DNA of 64,000 nucleotides from Dehalococcoidia bacterium (GTDB lineage: Bacteria; Chloroflexota; Dehalococcoidia; Bin125). The position numbers and the translations under genes are program-made. How positions within the stretch are numbered: the stretch's first letter is position 1; each line of letters opens with the position of its first letter. The notes beneath the pieces were generated by a model. That model saw only the letters and a program-made list of their open reading frames with translations. It ran no database searches and was not told the origin of the DNA. Below, one piece after another: positions 1 through 8,029 of this stretch. Location of the stretch: contig DAOUKQ010000005.1 of NCBI GenBank assembly GCA_034421135.1, positions 5,408 to 69,407 on the forward strand, written 5' to 3'.

Positions 1-824
1 CCCGGTCGGCGATGGCGCGCGAAGTCGACGGTGTAGTCGCGCGCGGCCTCGGCGACGCCCAGCGATGCGGCGGCGACGAGCAACGCGAACCAGGCGAAGT
101 CGCCGTGTCGCTGTCCCGCCTGTGACGGATCCTGACGCACGAGAAACTCGTCGTCGGTCACGGCGACGTTCTCGAACCAGACATCGTGCGAGCCGGTCGC
201 GCGCAGCCCGACGACATCCCAGGTCTCCTCAATCCGCAGTCCGGGGGAATCGCGATGCACCGCGACACGGGCCAACATGCCCGATCCGTCCTCGACGGCG
301 CAATAGGTCAGGAACCAGGTCAGGACGGGGGCGAGCGTGGTGAACGACTTGCGTCCGTTGATCCGCCAGCGTCCCGGACCGTCGGGTGTGAGCGCCGTCT
401 GCGGTCGTCCGCCGCCTTGCGGCGAGCCGAGGTCGGGCTCGGTCGCGACCTGATTGCAGAGCGCGCCTTCGTCGACGACCGAGCGAAAGATGCGGTTCCG
501 CAGTTGCTCGGGCCAGCTGCGATTCGATCGCTCGGAGCCGACCGTCATCAGGTGCATCCCGCAGGAGAAGGCCAGGGCCATATCGATCTTGGCCAGCGCC
601 GTCTGCGCGGCGACGAGGTCAGAGAGCAAGCACTCCGCGCCTCCGTACTCGCACGGGATCGGAGCGGACAGCCAGCCGATCTCACGCAGCCGTTCGATGG
701 AAGCAAATGGGAAGCTCGCCTCGCGGTCGTGGGTCGCCGCGAGGTCCGCTAGCCGTTCGGCATGAGGTTCGAGTCGCTCGATCAAATCCCGTCCGGCATC
801 GTGGGTAGGCGGAACGGGAGGCAT
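1..824 (-). CDS. Acyl-CoA dehydrogenase family flavoprotein, 3' end runs off the window edge
   Basis: Manual translation from ATG at 824: MPPVPPTHDAGRDLIERL...HDREASFPF...IPCEYGG...ATEPDLGS...WRINGRKSFTT...TWDVVGLRATGSHDVWFENV. These are typical ACAD motifs. The frame is open to the edge and is absent from the supplied track. Confidence 0.85.
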   Translation of the reverse strand, partial: MPPVPPTHDAGRDLIERLEPHAERLADLAATHDREASFPFASIERLREIGWLSAPIPCEYGGAECLLSDLVAAQTALAKIDMALAFSCGMHLMTVGSERSNRSWPEQLRNRIFRSVVDEGALCNQVATEPDLGSPQGGGRPQTALTPDGPGRWRINGRKSFTTLAPVLTWFLTYCAVEDGSGMLARVAVHRDSPGLRIEETWDVVGLRATGSHDVWFENVAVTDDEFLVRQDPSQAGQRHGDFAWFALLVAAASLGVAEAARDYTVDFARHRRP

Positions 825-844
825 GGAGCGCTCGGTGGGAATCT

Positions 845-1162
845 CTACAGCACGTCGCGCAAGCGCTTGAGCGCGCGCACACGCACCTTACCGCGATCCA
901 GCGCCGGTCGAGCGGCGATCGTGATGGCTTCACCGGTCGCCGGATTGCGTCCCTGCCGCTCGGGACGAGCAGTTTGCGCGACGATGTCGACCTTGATCAG
1001 GCCGGCAAGTGTGGCCGACCCCGGTCCACCGTCCGCCAGATCTTCAAGCACCACGTCGGCGAGCGCATCGAGAACCTCGGCCACATCGCGACTGGCGATG
1101 TTGGTCTTCTCTTCAATCGCCTTCGCCATCTGCGCTTTCGTCTTGGGCTTTGCCTCTGTCAT
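845..1162 (-). CDS. HU family DNA-binding protein
   Basis: TKAQMAKAI...GRNPATGEAITIAAR HU signature. Start chosen at MTEAK, with GAAGGG 6 nt upstream. Confidence 0.9.
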   Translation of the reverse strand: MTEAKPKTKAQMAKAIEEKTNIASRDVAEVLDALADVVLEDLADGGPGSATLAGLIKVDIVAQTARPERQGRNPATGEAITIAARPALDRGKVRVRALKRLRDVL

Positions 1163-1297
1163 GTCCATCCCTTCTGTTGCCTGATCTGCCAATCCTCACT
1201 GAAGTCCACTGATTGCTTAGTTTGATTGGGGATCGGCAGTCGGGCAAGACCGATAGCAACGTTTGATGCCCCAGTTAACGTGCGCAGTAGGAGAAAC

Positions 1298-1969
1298 GTG
1301 AGCAATATGAGCTCGATTCGTTCGATCCGCGTTACCGATGCGCTCGCCGATTACATGGAGCAAGTCTCCACGAGGGAAGACGACACCTGGCGTCGTCTGC
1401 GCGCCGAGACGGCCGATCTGCCGGCGGGCGGTATGCAGATTGGCGCGGATCAGGCTCGGCTGCTGGCCTGGCTGGTCCATCTGTTGGACGCGCGTCGCAC
1501 GCTCGAGATCGGCACCTTCACCGGCGCGTCGGCGCTGGCCGTGGCGCAGGCACTGCCCGACGACGGACAGATCGTCGCCTGCGACGTCAGCGAGGAATGG
1601 ACCTCGATCGCCCGGCGCTACTGGGCCGAAGCGGGCGTGGCGCACAAGATCGACCTGCGCCTCGGTCCGGCGCTGGACACGCTGACGCAGTTGCGCCGGG
1701 AACGCGCCGCCCTGTTCGACTTCGCCTTCATCGACGCCGACAAGGAGCCAATCTGGTCCTACGTCGAGGGCGCGCTCTCCCTGATGCGCGCCGGCGGCGT
1801 GATTGTGGTCGACAACACACTCTGGGGCGGGCAGGTGGCGAACCCCGAGGCGACCGATGCGGATACGAAGGCGATCGACGCGTTCAATCGCCGCGTGACC
1901 GACGATCCGCGGGTCGATTCCGTGCAACTGACCGTCGGTGACGGCGTGACGCTACTGCGCAAGCGTTAG
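1298..1969 (+). CDS. Class I SAM-dependent O-methyltransferase (caffeoyl-CoA OMT-like)
   Basis: LEIGTFTGASAL, FDFAFIDADK and VVDNTLWGG motifs. AGGAG at 1289-1293; start is GTG 1298 or ATG 1307. Confidence 0.9.
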   Translation: MSNMSSIRSIRVTDALADYMEQVSTREDDTWRRLRAETADLPAGGMQIGADQARLLAWLVHLLDARRTLEIGTFTGASALAVAQALPDDGQIVACDVSEEWTSIARRYWAEAGVAHKIDLRLGPALDTLTQLRRERAALFDFAFIDADKEPIWSYVEGALSLMRAGGVIVVDNTLWGGQVANPEATDADTKAIDAFNRRVTDDPRVDSVQLTVGDGVTLLRKR

Positions 1970-2844
1970 GCCAGGGCGTCGACGGGGACCGCGTCAGCCA
2001 CCAGCGATACTGCGGTCGCGAGTTTGCGCTCGCCGACGAACGCAGACCGCCCATAGAGCGGACCGATCGCCTCTACTGCCTCGAGCGTGGTCATTGAGGT
2101 CGTGATCAGCGCGAACGACTCCCGTTCAGCTCGCTGGGCGACGTAGGGCAGCGTCGGTTCGCCGCCGGCCAGAATCAGGCAGAGCGGTTCGTAGTCGAGC
2201 GCGCCCAGCGCGATATCGATCCGGTCGTGCCGGGTGATCAGCGTCTTGTCCGGGTACTTGCGGAAGTAGTCCATGCCTTCGTGCGCGCTGACCGGCCCGA
2301 TCACGAGATCCCTGGAAGCCTCGTCGAACAGTTCCTCATCGCCCGACAGCTCGCCATTGACGCTGGGCGCGATGTCGCGGACGGTCGGCGCTGCGAGATG
2401 GCGATCCTGCGGGATCGCGCAAACCGTCTGCGCGCCCAGTCCGCTCAGCCTGGCGACGGCGGCTGCTTCGCCGTGCTCGGGAACCCCGTTGACGATCACC
2501 GCATCCGGCTTGACGCTCGCCAACGCTCGCGAGACGGTTGCGTCGTCGGCCTCGCCGTGTCGGACGACCAGGACGGTGCGATCGGCCGCAACGCCGTCGG
2601 CGGCACTGGCTTCAATCACGGTGTGGTCGGTGTCGGAGGCGATGTCGGAAGCGGCCGCCGGCTCGCCGCTGCGGACGCCGGCGACGCGGACGAACTGTTG
2701 CGCATCGGTGGAAGCTGAGTCGGAGTCGTCGACCCGAGCCAGGCGAACGGTCGCGCCGGATGCGCGGAGCGCAGAAGCAATGCCGCTGGCGACCACCGAC
2801 TTACCGTCGCCGGCCAGCGTGGAAGTGACGAGGATTCGGGTCAC
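1966..2844 (-). CDS. BioD-like/DRTGG-domain protein (phosphotransacetylase N-terminal-like, no Pta catalytic domain)
   Basis: N-terminal P-loop GDGKS and DRTGG-like ITRHDRIDIALGAL. GGAG 6 nt before GTG 2844. Confidence 0.75.
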   Translation of the reverse strand: MTRILVTSTLAGDGKSVVASGIASALRASGATVRLARVDDSDSASTDAQQFVRVAGVRSGEPAAASDIASDTDHTVIEASAADGVAADRTVLVVRHGEADDATVSRALASVKPDAVIVNGVPEHGEAAAVARLSGLGAQTVCAIPQDRHLAAPTVRDIAPSVNGELSGDEELFDEASRDLVIGPVSAHEGMDYFRKYPDKTLITRHDRIDIALGALDYEPLCLILAGGEPTLPYVAQRAERESFALITTSMTTLEAVEAIGPLYGRSAFVGERKLATAVSLVADAVPVDALA

Positions 2845-3135
2845 GAGACGCTCCACATCTGCTGTCGTTTGCGCGCCACCGGCGCGTGCGGGGATCACCG
2901 GTGAGGGTAGAGCGAAGCGCAGATATGCGCAGGTAGAGATCCGACTGTCCCACCGTGGATCGTCATTGCCGCGCCTGAGCGCGGCTATCTAGCTCTCTTG
3001 CCGACGACGGTGGAGGTGGCGGCGAGATTCCAGCGGCAAGCGCGGGCACGACGGAGTAGTGCGATTCAGGGGTTTCCGGCGTTGAGTGGGCGCAACTAGA
3101 CTGTCTCCAATCCAGCGACCGGTGAGGCTGCTCTC

Positions 3136-3363
3136 ATGTCTGAACGTCGCGGTTCCCCTTCGAATGCGTGGCCTCCGCCGGCGCCGGATTCTCCCCGGGC
3201 GAGGCGGCGCAAGCCTCCCGAGCGGCACGCCCGCTGGATCGATCACGAGAATCGGGCCGACGAGCCGCGCGAGGATGCGCCGCGCCTGCTCTGGTGGGTT
3301 CTGGGCGCGCTCCTCCTGTTTGGCGTGTTCTCCGTCCTGATTCGGATGTTCCTGGTTCTCTAA
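3136..3363 (+). CDS. Small hypothetical membrane protein
   Basis: 75 aa with a charged/Pro-rich N-terminus and one C-terminal hydrophobic helix (LLWWVLGALLLFGVFSVLIRMFLVL). GAGG upstream. Confidence 0.55.
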   Translation: MSERRGSPSNAWPPPAPDSPRARRRKPPERHARWIDHENRADEPREDAPRLLWWVLGALLLFGVFSVLIRMFLVL

Positions 3364-3482
3364 TCGAATCGGTTCAGTATCTTGATGCACAGTGCCGGCG
3401 ATCCTTGAGGGTTGCCGGATCCGTCGACGTAGGCGGCATTGCAAGCAGTACGAGCAACAGGCGACCAGTTGGGAGCAAGAGG

Positions 3483-5972
3483 ATGACAACAGGCACATCG
3501 GACTTGCCGGACACATTGTTGGCCGGAGTGAGGGTGCTCGATCTGGCGACCCCCCGAGCGGAGATGGCTGGACGGGTGCTGGCCGACATGGGCGCCGAGG
3601 TGATCAAGGTCGAACCGCCCGCCGGCGCGGAGGCTCGCCGCCTGCCGCCGTTCAGCGACTCCGAGCCGGGCCGCTCGCTCTACTGGGCGCAGATGGGGTT
3701 CGGCAAGCGCAGTGTGGTCATCGATCTCGACTCTGAGGTGGGCCGCGCCGACTTCCGAGCGCTGCTCGCCACCGCCGACGCGCTGATCGAGTCGTTCGAT
3801 CCAGGCGTGATGGCGCAATGGGGATTGGGCTACGACGACGTCAAGGCGGAGCATCCGGGGCTGATCTACGTATCGGTCACGCCGTACGGACAGGATGGGC
3901 CTCACGCCCATCGTCCGGCGACCGACCTGACGCTCGAATCGGCCGGCGGATTGGTCGGTCTGCAGGGCGACGGCGATCGCCCGCCGGTCCCGTTGGGCCT
4001 GCCGCAAGCCTCGCTCCACGCCGGCGTGCAAGCGGCGGCAGACACCTCAATCGCGCTGCGCGAGCGGGATTTGTCCGGCCTGGGGCAGCACCTGGATGTA
4101 TCGATGCAGGCGGCGGTCGTCTGGACCCTCATGCACGCCACGGGCTTCCCGCCCAACACGGGCGACGATCCGCCCGGCACCTGCGCGCAACGCAATATCG
4201 GCGGCGACAGCCTCGGCGGCTCGGTCATGGGGATTCACCCCTGTCTCGACGGCTACGTCGTCTTCAGCATCGTGCCGGGCGGATTGGGACTTCGTCATTC
4301 GACGCTCGTGCTCAAGTGGATCGAAGAGGAAGGCGAGCTGATCGGCGAGCTGGAAGGCGCAGACATCGATGAGTGGGCCGCCAACGTCGCGCGCCTGGTG
4401 ACCGAAGATCCGGCCGAGTTGGGCCGGCAAGTCCTGATCGCCACCGAGAATCTGCATCACTTCGTCGCCAAGAAGACGATGGCGGAGTGCTTCCAGCGGG
4501 CTGTTCGCGACAGCTTCATGATGGCGCCGCTATACACGATGGAGGACATCGCCAACGACGAACACCTCGAGGCGCGAAACTTCTGGGTCGACATCGATGG
4601 GCGTCGCTATCCCGGTCCGTTCGCCAAGCTCTCCGAGACTCCGTTGCAGCTGGTGCGAGCCGCGCCCACGCTCGGCCAGGATCAGGAGTTGCTGGCCGAG
4701 GTTGGCCGCGCACCCAAGCGAGCGCCTCGGTCGCCGATCTCCTCGAACGGTGTTCGCGGCGAGGATGGCGGCGCGTTGCACGGCGTCAAGATCGCCGATT
4801 TCGCCTGGGTCGGCGTCGGACCGCTGATCTCCAAGTCGATGGCCGACCACGGCGCGACCGTGGTGCACATCGAGTCGGCGACGCGCCCCGACGTGCTGCG
4901 TCTCGCGCCGCCCTTCAAGGACAACGTGCCGGGCATGGACCGGGCGCAGTTCATGTCCAATTTCAACTCGTCCAAGATCGGCATTGCTCTACGGCTCGAC
5001 ACCGAGCAGGGACGCGACTACGCGCGACAGCTCATTGCTTGGGCCGATGTCGTGGTCGAGTCGTTCACGCCCGGGACGATGAAGCAGTTCGGCTTCGACT
5101 ACGCGACTCTGAGCCAGGATCGGCCCGAGTTGATCATGCTCAGCACCTGTCTGCGCGGGCAGACCGGCCCGCAGCGGACCTATCCCGGTTTCGGACTGCA
5201 AGGCGCCTGCCTCTCCGGTTTGCACCGGATCACCGGTTGGCCCGACCGTCAGCCGGCCGGTACCTGGGGCGCGTACACCGACTTCATCAATCCGCGATTC
5301 GGCTCCGGCGTGTTGGCCGCCGCGGTTCGCTACCGCGACCTGACGGGCAAAGGGCAGCACATCGACCTCGCGCAGTCTGAGGCGGGTATCCACTTCGCCG
5401 CGCCGCTCTTGCTCGATTACCTGGAGAACGGACGGATTGCCAAGGCTCAGGGTCACGACTCGATCTACGCCGCGCCCAACGGCGTGTTCCGCGTGGGTAA
5501 CGAAGAGCGCTACGTCGCCATCGCCACGGAAACCGCCGAGCAGTGGCGCGCGCTCCGCGACGCGACCGGCCTCGAGAACTGGTCGGGCGCCGAGTACGAC
5601 GATCTGTCGGCGCGCATCGCGGCCAAGGCTGAAATCGAAGCGGTGATCGCGGAGTGGTGCGCTCCGCAGACCGCCGACGCCGTGGTCGAATGCCTCACCC
5701 AGGCGGGTGTGCCGGCATCGCTGGTCGAGTGGCCCTCCGACCTGTACGAGGATGCGCAGCTCTCGCACCGGAACTTCTTCGTCACGCTCGATCATTCGGT
5801 CATGGGTCCGACGCCCTACGACGGACTCGTGACCAAGTTCTCGGGCGCGACCGCAAAGCTGCGCCGCGCCGCCCCGGCAATCGGCGAACACACGCACTAC
5901 GTGCTGTCGGAGATCCTCAACGCCTCCGATGACGAGATCACCGACGCCCTCGTCGCCGGCGTGCTGCAATAG
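3483..5972 (+). CDS. Tandem (two-domain) family III CoA-transferase, CaiB/BaiF
   Basis: Two repeats of the CaiB fold: LAGVRVLDL...GAEVIKVEPP and LHGVKIADF...GATVVHIES; ADVVVESFTPG. Start at MTTG with purine-rich SD. Confidence 0.9.
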   Translation: MTTGTSDLPDTLLAGVRVLDLATPRAEMAGRVLADMGAEVIKVEPPAGAEARRLPPFSDSEPGRSLYWAQMGFGKRSVVIDLDSEVGRADFRALLATADALIESFDPGVMAQWGLGYDDVKAEHPGLIYVSVTPYGQDGPHAHRPATDLTLESAGGLVGLQGDGDRPPVPLGLPQASLHAGVQAAADTSIALRERDLSGLGQHLDVSMQAAVVWTLMHATGFPPNTGDDPPGTCAQRNIGGDSLGGSVMGIHPCLDGYVVFSIVPGGLGLRHSTLVLKWIEEEGELIGELEGADIDEWAANVARLVTEDPAELGRQVLIATENLHHFVAKKTMAECFQRAVRDSFMMAPLYTMEDIANDEHLEARNFWVDIDGRRYPGPFAKLSETPLQLVRAAPTLGQDQELLAEVGRAPKRAPRSPISSNGVRGEDGGALHGVKIADFAWVGVGPLISKSMADHGATVVHIESATRPDVLRLAPPFKDNVPGMDRAQFMSNFNSSKIGIALRLDTEQGRDYARQLIAWADVVVESFTPGTMKQFGFDYATLSQDRPELIMLSTCLRGQTGPQRTYPGFGLQGACLSGLHRITGWPDRQPAGTWGAYTDFINPRFGSGVLAAAVRYRDLTGKGQHIDLAQSEAGIHFAAPLLLDYLENGRIAKAQGHDSIYAAPNGVFRVGNEERYVAIATETAEQWRALRDATGLENWSGAEYDDLSARIAAKAEIEAVIAEWCAPQTADAVVECLTQAGVPASLVEWPSDLYEDAQLSHRNFFVTLDHSVMGPTPYDGLVTKFSGATAKLRRAAPAIGEHTHYVLSEILNASDDEITDALVAGVLQ

Positions 5973-6082
5973 CGGCGCTCCGCCGGGAGACTGGCGCGCT
6001 AACTTCATCCGACCGATGAATCGGCCGCTTTCCGATCATCCTCTAAACTGCTGGCAACGACTCGCAGGGAAGGACATGTGAG

Positions 6083-7264
6083 ATGGGTAACCGCACGATG
6101 CGCGGTGAATCGGCGATTATCGGCGTCGGTGAGACGACGTACTACAAGCGCGGACGCTCGCCGGACGCGGAGTTCAAACTGGTCATCGAGGCGATCCTCA
6201 AGGCCAGCGCGGACGCCGGAATCGACCCGCGCGAGATCGACGGGTTTGCCTCGTACTCCAACGACCGCAACGACCCGTCGCGGATTGCGGCGGCGCTTGA
6301 CATCAAGGACTTGCGCTTCTCCAACATGGAGTGGGGCGGCGGCGGCGGCGGCGGATCGGCCGCCTGCGCGCACGCGGCGGCAGCGGTGGCTACGGGTCTC
6401 GCCGACACCGTGGTCGTCTTCCGCGGCCTCGCCCAGGGTCAGTTCGGACGCTTCGGTCAGGGCGCTCGGGTCCCGCACGTGCGCGGCGACCAGGCCTACA
6501 CCGCGCCCTACGGCCTGATGTCGCCCGCGCAGTCCTTCGCGATGCGCGTACACAAACTGTTCAACGACCACGGCATCACCCAGGACGCGCTCAAGGCCTG
6601 CTCGCTGGCCTCGTACCACCACGCGCAGAACAACCCGCGCGCGGTCATGTACGGCCGACCGCTCACGCCCGAGGACTACGACGCCTCGCGCTGGATTGTC
6701 GAACCGTTCCACCTGTTCGATTGCTGCCAGGAGAACGACGGCGGGGCGGCGATGATCTTCGTCTCCGCCGAGCGCGCCAAGGACTACGCGAAGACGCCGG
6801 TCTACTTCCTCGGCGGGGCCGTCGGATCGGGCAACCGCGCCGGTTCCGGGTCGCACAACGCGACCGACTACGCGACGTCCAACTTCAAGACGGTCGCGCC
6901 GCGCATGTACGACATGGCGCAGATCAAGCCGGAAGAGGTCGATGTCGCGCAGGTCTACGAGAACTTCACCGGCGGCGTCGTGATGAGCATCATCGAGCAC
7001 GGCCTCACGAGCTACGAAGAGGCCAACGACTTCATCACGTTCGACAATCTGATCGCACCGAGCGGCAAGATGCCGATCAACACCAGCGGCGGCAATCTGG
7101 CCGAGTGCTACATGCACGGGCTGGAACTGAACATCGAGGCCGTGCGCCAGGTGCGCGGCGAGTCGTGCAACCAGGTCGACGACGTCAACGTTTCGCTGGT
7201 TGCCTCGGGTCCGATGGTGACCCCGGTGTCCGACATGATCGTCGGTTCTGAGGCGGTGCTCTAA
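6083..7264 (+). CDS. Thiolase-superfamily lipid-transfer-like protein (Ltp2-type)
   Basis: AIIGVGET, IDGFASY, GGG..AHAAAAVATG, HLFDCCQENDGG, YENFT and NTSGGNLAECYMHG motifs. Confidence 0.85.
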   Translation: MGNRTMRGESAIIGVGETTYYKRGRSPDAEFKLVIEAILKASADAGIDPREIDGFASYSNDRNDPSRIAAALDIKDLRFSNMEWGGGGGGGSAACAHAAAAVATGLADTVVVFRGLAQGQFGRFGQGARVPHVRGDQAYTAPYGLMSPAQSFAMRVHKLFNDHGITQDALKACSLASYHHAQNNPRAVMYGRPLTPEDYDASRWIVEPFHLFDCCQENDGGAAMIFVSAERAKDYAKTPVYFLGGAVGSGNRAGSGSHNATDYATSNFKTVAPRMYDMAQIKPEEVDVAQVYENFTGGVVMSIIEHGLTSYEEANDFITFDNLIAPSGKMPINTSGGNLAECYMHGLELNIEAVRQVRGESCNQVDDVNVSLVASGPMVTPVSDMIVGSEAVL

Positions 7265-7722
7265 TGGCGAATCCCGGACGCTACTACCTCGGCGAGGGCA
7301 TGCCCGCGCCGGCCCCGGCCATTGACGGTCTCGACACCGAGTACTGGGAAGGCCTCAAGCGCCACAAGCTTTTCGTTCAGCACTGTCACACCTGCGACCG
7401 ACCCCAGTTCGGCCCCGAATGGGTCTGCCATATCTGCCACAGCTTCGATCTCGGCTGGCGAGAGGTCGAAGGCAACGGCCGCATCTTCTCCTGGGAGCGC
7501 GTCTGGCATCCGGTCCATCCCGCGCTGCAGGACTCCTGCCCATACCTCGTCGTGCTGGTCGAGCTACCCAACCACGAGAACGTCCGCATGGTCGGCAACC
7601 TGGTCGGCGACCCGATGCAAACGGTCGAGATCGGAGCCGAGGTGCGCCCCGTCTTCGAAGATCACGAGGCCACCGACGAGACCGAGCCGTTCACGCTGGT
7701 CCACTGGGAGGTCGTCGGGTAG
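7264..7722 (+). CDS. DUF35 Zn-ribbon + OB-fold protein (ChsH2-like)
   Basis: CHTC...CHIC zinc knuckles, PYLVVLVEL and RMVGNL. Overlaps the thiolase-like stop by 1 nt (TAATG). Confidence 0.9.
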   Translation: MANPGRYYLGEGMPAPAPAIDGLDTEYWEGLKRHKLFVQHCHTCDRPQFGPEWVCHICHSFDLGWREVEGNGRIFSWERVWHPVHPALQDSCPYLVVLVELPNHENVRMVGNLVGDPMQTVEIGAEVRPVFEDHEATDETEPFTLVHWEVVG

Positions 7723-7753
7723 CAGCCGTCCGCGTAGGCCCTCCGGATTTGAC

Positions 7754-7938
7754 CTCCTCTCCCTTTGGAGACTTGCGCGTAGACCCATTCCGGTCCCCTC
7801 TCCCTCTGGGAGAGGGTTAGGGTGAGGGCCCTCCGTTGCCCCGAGGAATCGCGACGACCAGATAGTGAACGCCGCGCCGGACCCTCACCCCAGCCCCCCT
7901 GCCTTCGCAGGGGCAGGCTTCTCCCAAAGGGAGAGGGA
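7754..7938. repeat. Cluster of REP/BoxC-like palindromes: partial copy, full copy, inverted copy with insert
   Basis: 7790-7830 is ccggtcccctctccctctgggagagggttagggtgagggcc. The inverted copy at 7882-7937 is ccctcaccccagccc[insert]tctcccaaagggagaggg. A degenerate copy lies at about 7754-7769. The cluster sits between convergent genes. Confidence 0.85.
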
Positions 7939-8029
7939 GTAAAGCCCCATGATTTGCGCGCAGGTCTCCTCCGGGAGCGGGGATCAGCGGAGGCCTCTCC
8001 CCAGGTTCAGTTGGCGAGCGCGACACGCG

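Noticed and set aside
3168-3482. Long N-terminal extensions in the ORF track (CoA-transferase, S9 peptidase, mdh, hydantoinase A, DUF512, M28)
   Set aside because: They are low-information, overlap neighbouring genes or promoters, and better starts with SD or -10 signals lie downstream.
6333-6356. (GGC)n run in the thiolase-like gene as a phase-variation tract
   Set aside because: It is an in-frame triplet run encoding the Gly-rich loop seen in Ltp2-type proteins.
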